Shown here piece by piece: positions 29,002-36,738 of a stretch of 64,000 bases of DNA. Position numbers and translations under genes: made by a program. The first letter of the stretch is position 1. Each line of letters opens with the position of its first letter. The DNA lies in NCBI GenBank assembly GCA_024653945.1, contig JANLIT010000003.1, positions 30,097 to 94,096 on the forward strand, given 5' to 3'. The DNA is from Candidatus Campbellbacteria bacterium. Lineage in GTDB: Bacteria; Patescibacteriota; Minisyncoccia; Phycocordibacterales; EsbW-18. A model generated the notes under the pieces. That model was given only the letters and a program-made list of their open reading frames with translations. It did not search any database and had not been told where the DNA came from.

Positions 29002-29310
29002 TTAAACTTTCTTGATTGTTACCTTTGAAAATGGCTGGCGGTGTCCGCGCTTTTTGTAGTATCGGCTTTTTGCTTTGTATTTAATAACCACAATCTTTCG
29101 TCCACGTCCTTGTGTATCAACAGTTGCCTCAATTTTGGCACCTGCGATGTATGGAGCTCCGAGTGTTGTAGTAGAACCATCGTCCGTGAGCACAACCTTA
29201 TCAAATACAACCTTCCCTCCTGCGTCTACAGGAAGTTTTTCGGTTACTATTGACTTGTCGTCAGAAACGAGGTATTGCTTTCCGCCTGTTTCAATTACTG
29301 CAAATGTCAT
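29002..29310 (-). CDS. rplU: 50S ribosomal protein bL21
   Basis: MTFAVIETGGKQYLVSDDKSI...KIVVIKYKAKSRYYKKRGHRQPFSKVTI. Confidence 0.9.
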   Translation of the reverse strand: MTFAVIETGGKQYLVSDDKSIVTEKLPVDAGGKVVFDKVVLTDDGSTTTLGAPYIAGAKIEATVDTQGRGRKIVVIKYKAKSRYYKKRGHRQPFSKVTIKKV

Positions 29311-29495
29311 AGATGTGTAGTATACATGCTCTGGGGGCGATTACAAGTATGTAAAACAACATTTTGTAATCCAAACGGTTTAATATATATAAAATTTTTT
29401 AACCATATCAAACCATTGACTTTTTTTGTTTTTGCTGTACCATCGCACACAGACACAGATGTTCCTATCAACCCGTCTTCAAAAAGGAGAACGTC

Positions 29496-29993
29496 ATGAC
29501 GGTAGTCGGCGTGATTGTGTACTGTTTCATCGGGTTGGTCCTCGCAGTCCCCTACTGTCTTTTGGCAGGATGGAGCCCTGAGAGTCTCCCCGCCGTAGCA
29601 ACCTTCGGGCCAGCATTTCTGCTCATCTGGCTCCTGTTCGGAGTAACCTCAGGAGTCGTGGTGCCAAACAGCAATCGAAAGTGGTTGCCTGTTCGATTTC
29701 ATTGGCGTGGTTCCCGAAGTAAGTCAACCGCCCCCAGAAGCGTGTTCTGGATATGGACCGCCTACGGCCTCCTTCCCATCTTAGTGCACTGGAGTTCGAT
29801 GCTTCTCGGAAAAATGGGCTACAGCGAGATTGCTTTACTGCTCAATGCCAATCGCTACATGAGCATCGTCTACGTTTTTCTTGGTGGTCTCGTGGTAGCT
29901 TGTCTGCTCATAGTTGCCTTCGGGGTTTGGGAGGGGTTGAAAAACGCCCGGACGTGGGTGCTACACCATGTGCCGTGGCGAGTTAGTCACTAG
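29496..29993 (+). CDS. Hypothetical membrane protein, GC-rich cassette
   Basis: SD aaaaggagaacgtcATG. 165 aa with 4 hydrophobic helices. GC-rich. Confidence 0.45.
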   Translation: MTVVGVIVYCFIGLVLAVPYCLLAGWSPESLPAVATFGPAFLLIWLLFGVTSGVVVPNSNRKWLPVRFHWRGSRSKSTAPRSVFWIWTAYGLLPILVHWSSMLLGKMGYSEIALLLNANRYMSIVYVFLGGLVVACLLIVAFGVWEGLKNARTWVLHHVPWRVSH

Positions 29994-30079
29994 GAACCGG
30001 TTCTCGTCGAGTCCTTCACGAAAGGAGTTTTACACAAACTCTATCGTGTGGGACTCTTTTCGTATCCCCGTGTTCGTTG

Positions 30080-30095
30080 CAAGTATCGATACTTG
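30080..30095. promoter_or_regulatory. 16-bp perfect palindrome CAAGTATCGATACTTG between convergent cassette genes
   Basis: Direct reading. Confidence 0.3.
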
Positions 30096-30136
30096 TGCCA
30101 GATGAGCAATGCCACTATTTTATCTCAAGTCAGACC

Positions 30137-30171
30137 AACAAAAAAACATCCCCAGAACACTGTTCTGGGGG
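30137..30171 (-). terminator. Rho-independent terminator for 30195..30602
   Basis: CCCCAGAACA/TGTTCTGGGG stem, with a minus-strand run of seven T then G. Confidence 0.6.
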
Positions 30172-30194
30172 TACTACCGGGGTTCGTCTTGTGT

Positions 30195-30602
30195 CTATTT
30201 ACAAACGGACAACAGCCTGAATGCGCTGGGATTCACCGTAACGGGAGGAGGGGGTGGTTCCTCCGCGGCGTTGATGAAGACCCTGTTCTCATCGGCGAAG
30301 AACCGTAGAAGTCTCTTCCAGTCCGATGGGGGTCCAGTCACAAGGAAGAGCTTCCAGAGAACATTCCTGTTGCCCACGTCGCTGAAGACGATGTCCCCGA
30401 GATACCGGTGCACGCCATCTTCGCACTCGTACCAGAAGTATGCTCCGTTCAACCCCTCCGGCTTCACCGAGCCGACAAGCAGGTTCTTGCCGATGCGCAT
30501 CAGCGAGGCCATCTTAATGGCGGTCTCACTCACATCAACACGAACGTGTTCGCCACTGACCAGTCGGACGGTCTTCACTTGGGCTTTCCTACCTTTTTTC
30601 AT
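30195..30602 (-). CDS. Hypothetical 135-aa protein, GC-rich cassette
   Basis: SD aggaaggaacagaccATG. PPPPP tract. Terminator downstream. Confidence 0.4.
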   Translation of the reverse strand: MKKGRKAQVKTVRLVSGEHVRVDVSETAIKMASLMRIGKNLLVGSVKPEGLNGAYFWYECEDGVHRYLGDIVFSDVGNRNVLWKLFLVTGPPSDWKRLLRFFADENRVFINAAEEPPPPPVTVNPSAFRLLSVCK

Positions 30603-30690
30603 GGTCTGTTCCTTCCTGAAAAGGCTGACGGGACTCGTCTGCCTGTTTGTTTTCTATTTTTGATTATGCACTTTTCTATTTAAAAGTCAA

Positions 30691-31017
30691 TTACTTGGAG
30701 TTCAGTGTGTCTATTTTTGACGCAAGGATAAAGTCGTTCACGGACAAACCGTCGACAGCGTGCGTCCAGAGCGAGAGCTCAACAACATTATAGAAAATAG
30801 AAATGTCTGGGTGATGGCCTTCTTTTTCTGCAATAGGCATAATCGCATTTACAAAAGCAACCGATTCAGGAAATGTTTTGAACTGAAACTTTTTGTAAAG
30901 CCGTCCCTCTTTCAACGACCATGTTGGAACAAGAAGAAGATTTTTTGCAATTCCCTCCTCACTCATGGGTGGCATACCACCTTCACACGGCACACAGTGT
31001 TGTTGTGATAGTTCCAT
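30691..31017 (-). CDS. phhB: Pterin-4a-carbinolamine dehydratase (PCD/DCoH)
   Basis: FKTFPESVAFVNAIMPIAEKEGHHPDISIFYNVVELSLWTHAVDGLSVNDFILA is the PCD signature around HHPD. Start set at MELSQQ. Confidence 0.75.
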   Translation of the reverse strand: MELSQQHCVPCEGGMPPMSEEGIAKNLLLVPTWSLKEGRLYKKFQFKTFPESVAFVNAIMPIAEKEGHHPDISIFYNVVELSLWTHAVDGLSVNDFILASKIDTLNSK

Positions 31018-31025
31018 AGAATGGT

Positions 31026-31331
31026 TTACAGAATTATCGTTGTGGCAATAATGGCGAGAAATACAACAAGCCATCCGAGTGTTGCACAAAATAATATAAA
31101 TGCCTCGCGTTTCATTCCATCCAGATACAAGAGTATTGGTTTACCTAACACAAGCCCGCCAGTTATGGATGCTGAAACAACAAAGAGTAAAAGCATGAAA
31201 ATAGGGAGAGCAAAACCAGCCACGTTATCAATTCCTTGAGTATTGAATCCAAGCCACGCAATTCCAGACACATAGATACATACTCCGCCGGCATTCATAA
31301 AACTTCTCAGAAGATAGTTTGATGTTTTCAT
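31026..31331 (-). CDS. Hypothetical small membrane protein (3 TM); ATG abuts repeat copy B
   Basis: 101 aa hydrophobic ORF. Start codon directly follows ..gattttgtgaaatcgt. Confidence 0.5.
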   Translation of the reverse strand: MKTSNYLLRSFMNAGGVCIYVSGIAWLGFNTQGIDNVAGFALPIFMLLLFVVSASITGGLVLGKPILLYLDGMKREAFILFCATLGWLVVFLAIIATTIIL

Positions 31332-31432
31332 ACGATTTCACAAAATCGCGTCGCGCAATTGTTGATTCTGCAGAATCATGTCACGTACTGTCCATTAAAA
31401 CGTGACCTAAAGCGCGACGTATATTGTGATGG
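31332..31432 (-). repeat. Start-codon-abutting repeat element, copy B (long form incl. GATTCTGCAGAATC palindrome)
   Basis: The reverse complement reads cgtcgcgctttaggtcacgttttaatggacagtacgtgacatgattctgcagaatcaacaattgcgcgacgcgattttgtgaaatcgtATG. It aligns with copy A at 58-104 and 147-169. Confidence 0.75.
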
Positions 31433-31546
31433 TTATGGTTAGGTTTAGTGTAGCACCTTGAAACCACCCTGTCCTGAGCAATTTTCAAGTGTCTGAGCCC
31501 ATGTCTAAAAATGATATACTGGCATCATATACATAACCCACACACC

Positions 31547-31870
31547 ATGAGTACATCAGCACAAACATTGGACAGTTTGAGAAAAGCGCTGGAGGAAGAG
31601 GGGCGTGAACTAAAAAGAAAACAGGAAAAATATAAAGAAAAACAAGGTGACGTGGCAAGTAAAAAAAGGATGTACGAAAGCAAACAGGCATCTGCCGATG
31701 AAAAACTAGCAGAAGCAAATAAATTAAAAAGGGAATTTGAAGAAGCAGAAGCGGATGCCAACTCTCTTCAGGATGAAATTATGGTTCTTGAACAACAAAG
31801 AGAAGCGGATGCAGAAAGATTGAGCGAAATGCAAAAAGAATTGGAAAAAGCGATTAAGACCGGAAAATAG
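31547..31870 (+). CDS. Hypothetical coiled-coil protein (charged E/K-rich)
   Basis: 107 aa from MSTSAQ, with heptad-like EEEGRELKRKQEKYKEKQ. Confidence 0.4.
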   Translation: MSTSAQTLDSLRKALEEEGRELKRKQEKYKEKQGDVASKKRMYESKQASADEKLAEANKLKREFEEAEADANSLQDEIMVLEQQREADAERLSEMQKELEKAIKTGK

Positions 31871-31945
31871 TTTTTAAACTTCTGTTGTTCTTGTTTTTTT
31901 ATATGTGTAGCACCAGTGTATACTAACCTCAGTAGAATTTAGCAT

Positions 31946-32016
31946 CGGGCCGTAGTATACCGGTAGTACGCGTGCTTCGGGAGCACGTAGACCGAGTTCG
32001 ATTCTCGGCGGCCCGA
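31946..32016 (+). tRNA. tRNA-Pro (anticodon CGG)
   Basis: Manual fold: acceptor CGGGCCG/CGGCCCG, D-loop with GG, anticodon stem CGTGC/GCACG, loop TTCGGGA, T-arm CCGAG-TTCGATT-CTCGG. No encoded CCA. Confidence 0.75.
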
Positions 32017-32268
32017 CACTTTGGTTCGATTCCTGTGGGGTGCGTGTGTCTATACTACCGCAGATTATGCTTGTTTTGAAGGCATTTTATGGTATTATTT
32101 TCTTCGTTGTGGGCCTTGTATCTTCGATTACTCGATACGGGCCCTCAGCAGACCACATAAACGTTCGAATTTCCATCCTCTGCGGTTCGGTCAAAAATGA
32201 AAGCAAGCTTTCCTTTTTGTCCTCGCCTCGACGACTTCATTCTCGCGTTTGCGTGCCATCCTTTTTTT

Positions 32269-32344
32269 GGGCCCGTAGTTCATCTGGTAGAACGCCTCAT
32301 TTGCAATGAGGAGGTAAGCGGTTCGAGTCCGCTCGGGTCCACCA
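32269..32344 (+). tRNA. tRNA-Ala (anticodon UGC), CCA encoded
   Basis: GGGCCCGTAGTTCATCTGGTAGAACGCCTCATTTGCAATGAGGAGGTAAGCGGTTCGAGTCCGCTCGGGTCCACCA gives a canonical cloverleaf with G3:U70. Confidence 0.85.
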
Positions 32345-32347
32345 AAA

Positions 32348-32896
32348 ATGCAATTTCTTGAACCATTCAATATCGCTCTCTTTTATATTCTGAACTCACT
32401 TGTTGGGAAGTCAGCGTTTCTCGACAACGTGATTATATTTTTTGCCGAGCCGTTTACGTATGTGCTCATTGCAATAGTCTGCATTGTCATCTACCGAGAT
32501 ATTAATCGTGAGCGTGTGCAGGAATTTTTATGGAATGTTGCGGGTCTTATCATAAGTGTGGTTGGTGCATATGTTGTAACTGGTTTCTTTCGCCTTTTTT
32601 ATGACCACCCGCGACCTCTCTGGGCTCTTGGTGCACCACATTTGCTTATTGAAACAACTTCCTCGTTTCCATCGGCACACACTATTTTTCTTTTCAGTTT
32701 GGCAACCTCAATGTACTTTTTCGGAAATAAAAAGTTGGCGTACTTTTTGTACGCCTCTGGTCTTGTGGTAGGTATTGCTCGTGTTATTGCGGGCGTTCAC
32801 TTCCCTTTGGATATTCTCGGAGGAATTGTGTTCGGTGTTGCGATTGGATACATCGTGCGCTTCGCACTTCACCGATACGCCAAGGTAACAATGTGA
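32348..32896 (+). CDS. PAP2 superfamily phosphatase (undecaprenyl-diphosphatase-like)
   Basis: DHPRP, FPSAHT, RVIAGVHFPLD are the three PAP2 signature motifs. Confidence 0.8.
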   Translation: MQFLEPFNIALFYILNSLVGKSAFLDNVIIFFAEPFTYVLIAIVCIVIYRDINRERVQEFLWNVAGLIISVVGAYVVTGFFRLFYDHPRPLWALGAPHLLIETTSSFPSAHTIFLFSLATSMYFFGNKKLAYFLYASGLVVGIARVIAGVHFPLDILGGIVFGVAIGYIVRFALHRYAKVTM

Positions 32897-33852
32897 TCAA
32901 GAAAATGTGCGAGTGGAACCCCCACCGCATTGAGAGATTTTGGGAAAAGTGATTCTGATGTTAATCCCGGAAGCGTATTTATTTCAAGCACATACACATC
33001 TCCGCGCGGAGTAACCATGCAATCCGTTCGCGAATAGTGTGACGCACCAACTGCTTGGTGTGTGGCACGCGCCGCATCTTGAATCGCTTGTGTTTCTTCT
33101 CGTGAAAATCGTCCTGGGCATCGCTCTTCTGCTCCACCTCCATACTTTGCATCAGAATCAAAAAATGCCGATTCTTTTGGTGGAATGATTTCTATCGGCA
33201 AGAGTGTGTACACTTTTTCTCCCTTAAAATCTTCAATAACACCACACGTTGCTTCTTTGCCATTCACAAATGCTTCAATAAGCACTTCGGGAGAAAACTT
33301 TGAGGCGCGTTCTATTGCCTCACCTAGGTCATCAAATTTTCGTACAATTGAAACACCGAATGATGAACCGTCAGCGACAGGTTTTACCACACTTGGGTTT
33401 GGAAACGTTTTAAATATCTCAAGTACGTCGGAAGGTCCTTGTGTTCGTGTGTCAAAAATAATATGCGGGGGTGTTTTGATGCCATTTTGAGCAAGTACCT
33501 CTTTAGTGCGCCCTTTGTGCATCGCAAGCGCTGATGCAAACGAACGTGAGCCAGTGTATGGAGTTGCCGTGCTTTCAAGTATTCGCTGAACTTCACCGTC
33601 TTCTCCATATGCCCCATGAAGTGCATTGAACACAACATCAACACGCTTTGTCGCGTGCTCGGGTGCTAGTGGGAATCCATCTGCGTGCCATTGTCCCGCT
33701 TTATCAATAAAAATATCCACGGGCTCATATTTTTCGCGTTCGAGTGTATCCAAAACCGTCTTCCCTGTTTTCAGAGAAATATCGTATTCATTACTCGGAC
33801 CTCCACGAAGTACACCAACTCGAATTTTTGTCATGTATAAAGTATACCGCAC
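32869..33852 (-). CDS. ddl: D-alanine--D-alanine ligase
   Basis: IRVGVLRGGPSNEYDISLKTG ... HGAYGEDGEVQRILE ... ATP-grasp C-terminus. 327 aa (or from MTKI at 33834). Confidence 0.85.
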   Translation of the reverse strand: MRYTLYMTKIRVGVLRGGPSNEYDISLKTGKTVLDTLEREKYEPVDIFIDKAGQWHADGFPLAPEHATKRVDVVFNALHGAYGEDGEVQRILESTATPYTGSRSFASALAMHKGRTKEVLAQNGIKTPPHIIFDTRTQGPSDVLEIFKTFPNPSVVKPVADGSSFGVSIVRKFDDLGEAIERASKFSPEVLIEAFVNGKEATCGVIEDFKGEKVYTLLPIEIIPPKESAFFDSDAKYGGGAEERCPGRFSREETQAIQDAARATHQAVGASHYSRTDCMVTPRGDVYVLEINTLPGLTSESLFPKSLNAVGVPLAHFLDHIVTLAYR

Positions 33853-33865
33853 ACATGAACATTTT

Positions 33866-33898
33866 TGAAAAAGAAAAGCGGCGCCTTATCGTAGCGCC
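33866..33898 (-). terminator. Minus-strand hairpin terminator ending an ORF-poor GC-rich transcript unit (just upstream of ddl)
   Basis: GGCGCCttatcgtaGCGCC, with minus run cttttctttttc. Confidence 0.45.
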
Positions 33899-34152
33899 GT
33901 TTTCCGAGTACTGAGACGTCCTCGCGAGCTTTCCGTGGGGCACGGTTCAGCTGGGTTGGATGTTCTCGGAACAGTACGCGACCTTCAGATTCTTTTGAGT
34001 GGAGAATCGGAAAAGGTCGAAGAAAAGAACCGGAGATCGATAAGGCTCATGTCTTTAGCCCCATCAGACGTTCGCGCCCACGGCCCGGTCGATCAGCTGG
34101 CCAGTAGATTGCAGGGCGTTTGAACCTGCCTGTAGTATACCACAAAAAATAA

Positions 34153-34185
34153 GACAAAAAGAAAACCCCGGATTACGCTCCGGGG
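34153..34185 (-). terminator. Minus-strand hairpin terminator inside the ORF-poor GC-rich segment
   Basis: CCCCGGAttacgcTCCGGGG, with minus run ttttctttttgtc. Confidence 0.5.
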
Positions 34186-34514
34186 GTCGAGTGGTAACTT
34201 TTTTTCGCATGTTCGTGTGAACGACATGCGGTGCTGGGCTCGAGGCGTTCCCTACCTGAAATCGGTGCAATCTCGCCCAACCATCTACTCACACTCTGTG
34301 CGCCATTTTTTCTTTCCCTAAGAGGAAAATCGGGTTGGAACCCAAAAGCGCTTTGAGACGCCCCTTTCAAGGTATTTTGAGCGTCTCGGACGGGCGCAAC
34401 GAAAGCGGCTTCTCTGCTTGATACACAGGAAGGTCCGGAGGGGTCATCCAAAAAGTGACCCACCAACCCGCCTGAACGTGCGCCCGTGGACCTTATAGTA
34501 CTTATCCTAGTATT

Positions 34515-35738
34515 TTAATGCAACCTTAATGTTTTTTTCCTAAACGTAGAGATTGCAAAACGATGTGCCTCATTGTTGGCGAGAAGAATTTCCTTTCCAT
34601 ACTCTGTGATGTGTTCCTTATTTCCAAGCAATTTTTCAGGTCGGTGTCGTTCGTTTTTTGTAACCGCAACAACAGGAATTTGATAGCCAAAGGTTTTCAA
34701 CACTTTTTCTGCGGTATTCTTTTGAGCAATACCACCATCCACAACAATAAGTTTCGGCAACTGCCATTCGTTGTGATTGAGTCGTCGTTCTAAAATTTCA
34801 GCAAGTCCTGCGGTGTCCCCTTTTTGATGTGTTTTAATAGTGAATGTTCGATATTCTTTTTTGTTGGATTCCCCATTTTCCACAACCGTCATCACTCCCA
34901 CTCGAGCCGTTCCAGAAATATGCGCCACATCATATGCTTCAATACGGAACGAGTTTGTAGCTTGTAGCTTGTAGCTTGTAGCTTTTAAAAGAGACACGTC
35001 CTGAATATGTTGCAGAGCGTACAGACGACGTTTCATTTCAGACGCCATTTCAAATTGTTTTGTCCTAGCATACGCCTTCATGTCACGCGTAATGGCACGG
35101 ATAAGTTGTTTCTTTTTCCCCTCAAAAAAGAGCACAATATGCCGAATTGTTTTTTTGTACTCACGTGGAGTGATATTCTTCGATTGGGGTGAAAGTCCAA
35201 TCTCTTCATACAAACGAGACGCTCGTCTTCTGTCCGTCGCAAGAGGTGCATCTGTCTTTCCGCGATACGGAAATATTTTACGTATAATTTTGAGCGCTTC
35301 CTGTAACTGTGTCCCATATGGAAACGGTCCAAATGTTTTTTGATATTTGATATTTAATATTTGATTTTGCAACAGTTCTCGGTGGCGTATCGTAAAGACA
35401 CGAGGAAATTGCTCAAAGGTGATTACGACGTAATTAAAGCTGGTGTCACTTTTTTCTTTTGCGTTGTACTTCGGCTGGTGCTTTTTAATAAGCACCGCTT
35501 CAAGGATAAGCGCCTCCAATACCGAGTCGGTTTTCTCCACACGAACACCTGTTGCCTCCTCAAGCATTTTTACAATGCGCGGTCCACGTGTCTCTGTAAT
35601 ATCAGACAAGAAATAACTTTTCACCCGAGAACGGAGCGATGTTGCCTTTCCAATGTACAAAATCTTCTTTCCTTTTAAGAAGAAGTACACGCCCGGCATG
35701 TCGGGAAGTGTGTGTATTTTAGAATCAATGAATTTCAT
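34515..35738 (-). CDS. uvrC: Excinuclease ABC subunit C, compact form (GIY-YIG + UvrBC + RNase H-like endonuclease domain, no C-terminal HhH pair)
   Basis: PGVYFFLKGKKILYIGKATSLRSRVKSYF (GIY-YIG), FEMASEMKRRLYALQHI (UvrBC), RIEAYDVAHISG... endonuclease domain. 407 aa. Confidence 0.75.
   Translation of the reverse strand: MKFIDSKIHTLPDMPGVYFFLKGKKILYIGKATSLRSRVKSYFLSDITETRGPRIVKMLEEATGVRVEKTDSVLEALILEAVLIKKHQPKYNAKEKSDTSFNYVVITFEQFPRVFTIRHRELLQNQILNIKYQKTFGPFPYGTQLQEALKIIRKIFPYRGKTDAPLATDRRRASRLYEEIGLSPQSKNITPREYKKTIRHIVLFFEGKKKQLIRAITRDMKAYARTKQFEMASEMKRRLYALQHIQDVSLLKATSYKLQATNSFRIEAYDVAHISGTARVGVMTVVENGESNKKEYRTFTIKTHQKGDTAGLAEILERRLNHNEWQLPKLIVVDGGIAQKNTAEKVLKTFGYQIPVVAVTKNERHRPEKLLGNKEHITEYGKEILLANNEAHRFAISTFRKKTLRLH
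34955..34982. repeat. Tandem microsatellite (GTAGCTTG)x~3.5 inside uvrC coding sequence (encodes ATSYKLQAT)
   Basis: Direct reading: tttgtagcttgtagcttgtagcttgtagc. Confidence 0.7.
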
Positions 35739-35744
35739 CTCACA

Positions 35745-36707
35745 TTAGGCGACCTTTCGTAATTCTGCTTCTGTGGCATGCAATTCTTCTTCTGCTTTAC
35801 GCAATTCCGCCCTAGCTTTTGCTTCCTCTGCTTTTTTGTCAACCAACTCCCTCTCTTTAGTCTTCATGCTATGGCTACCTGGAAGAAGTTTACCTTGTGC
35901 TGTGGCAATTGTTTTTTTAGCAACATCTTCTTCGGTGCTACTTTTTTGTAGTGTTGCTTCCTGCATCTTTGCCTGACGCGTGGTAGTTTCCAATTCTCCT
36001 GCAACCTTTTGAATTTCTCCCTCTATAGAGTGTAATAATGTTTCCGTCTTCTTTGTATCTGCCTCTCTCTTTTTTTCCTCTATCTGCAGTGTGTCCTTGT
36101 TCCGTGCCCCTTTTTGAGTTACGGTGGTTATTTTTGTAAGTTTTTGTTTAGTCTGTTCTAATTGCGTCTTTTCTTGTAAAAGGGTTGCTTTTTCTTCATT
36201 CAAACGTGCTTCATCTGCGCGTATACTTATTGTAAGAGTTTCCATCTCTTTTTCTAGAACACTTAATAGGCGCTCTAGTTCAAGTTTTTCCTGTTCATCT
36301 TTTTGGCTACCTGTTGGTGTTTTACTAGCAGCTTTCTGCCCTAATTCTGCAAGGGTTGCTGTAAACTCTGCTTTCTTTTTAGTCAGTTCTGCCAACTGAG
36401 TTTTGAACGTTTTTATTTTAGCAACAATACCTTGACTTTCCGTTTTTCCGCGCACCGTTGTTCCAAAAACTTGTCTGAGTTTCTCTTTTGCTTTTTTTTC
36501 TTCTTGCCCAATCGCTTCTTGTTGCGCAACAAGAGCGGTGTGATCCCGTTCACTGTCGTGAATTTCATCTCCCAGCTTTCTCAATTTCTCCGTTAGGTTT
36601 TTTATGTGCAGTTCTTCGTCTCTTTTTTTTGTGGCAAGTTGGTTTTTTTGAATATTCCTTGTCTCCTCTTGGGCACGCTTCAAATCGTCTGGGTGTAGAT
36701 TGGGCAT
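35745..36707 (-). CDS. Hypothetical long coiled-coil protein encoded between uvrA and uvrC
   Basis: About 320 aa, highly charged E/K/Q-rich with heptad periodicity and no TM. Start set at MPNLHP to avoid overlap with uvrA. Confidence 0.5.
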   Translation of the reverse strand: MPNLHPDDLKRAQEETRNIQKNQLATKKRDEELHIKNLTEKLRKLGDEIHDSERDHTALVAQQEAIGQEEKKAKEKLRQVFGTTVRGKTESQGIVAKIKTFKTQLAELTKKKAEFTATLAELGQKAASKTPTGSQKDEQEKLELERLLSVLEKEMETLTISIRADEARLNEEKATLLQEKTQLEQTKQKLTKITTVTQKGARNKDTLQIEEKKREADTKKTETLLHSIEGEIQKVAGELETTTRQAKMQEATLQKSSTEEDVAKKTIATAQGKLLPGSHSMKTKERELVDKKAEEAKARAELRKAEEELHATEAELRKVA

Positions 36708-36738
36708 AATTGATTGTGATAAGTAGTAAGCGTTTGAA

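Noticed and set aside
29041-29320. Plus-strand ORFs inside rplU
   Set aside because: They are antisense to a confidently identified ribosomal protein gene.
32040-32309. 89-aa ORF spanning the tRNA interval
   Set aside because: It overlaps tRNA-Ala and has no SD. It is most likely spurious.
33860-34510. Assignment as RNase P RNA, tmRNA or SRP RNA
   Set aside because: CR-I/CR-V-like strings are present but in the wrong order and strand for RNase P. No tRNA-like T-arm/CCA or tag reading frame for tmRNA was found. The SRP domain IV consensus was not matched. Left as an unclassified candidate.
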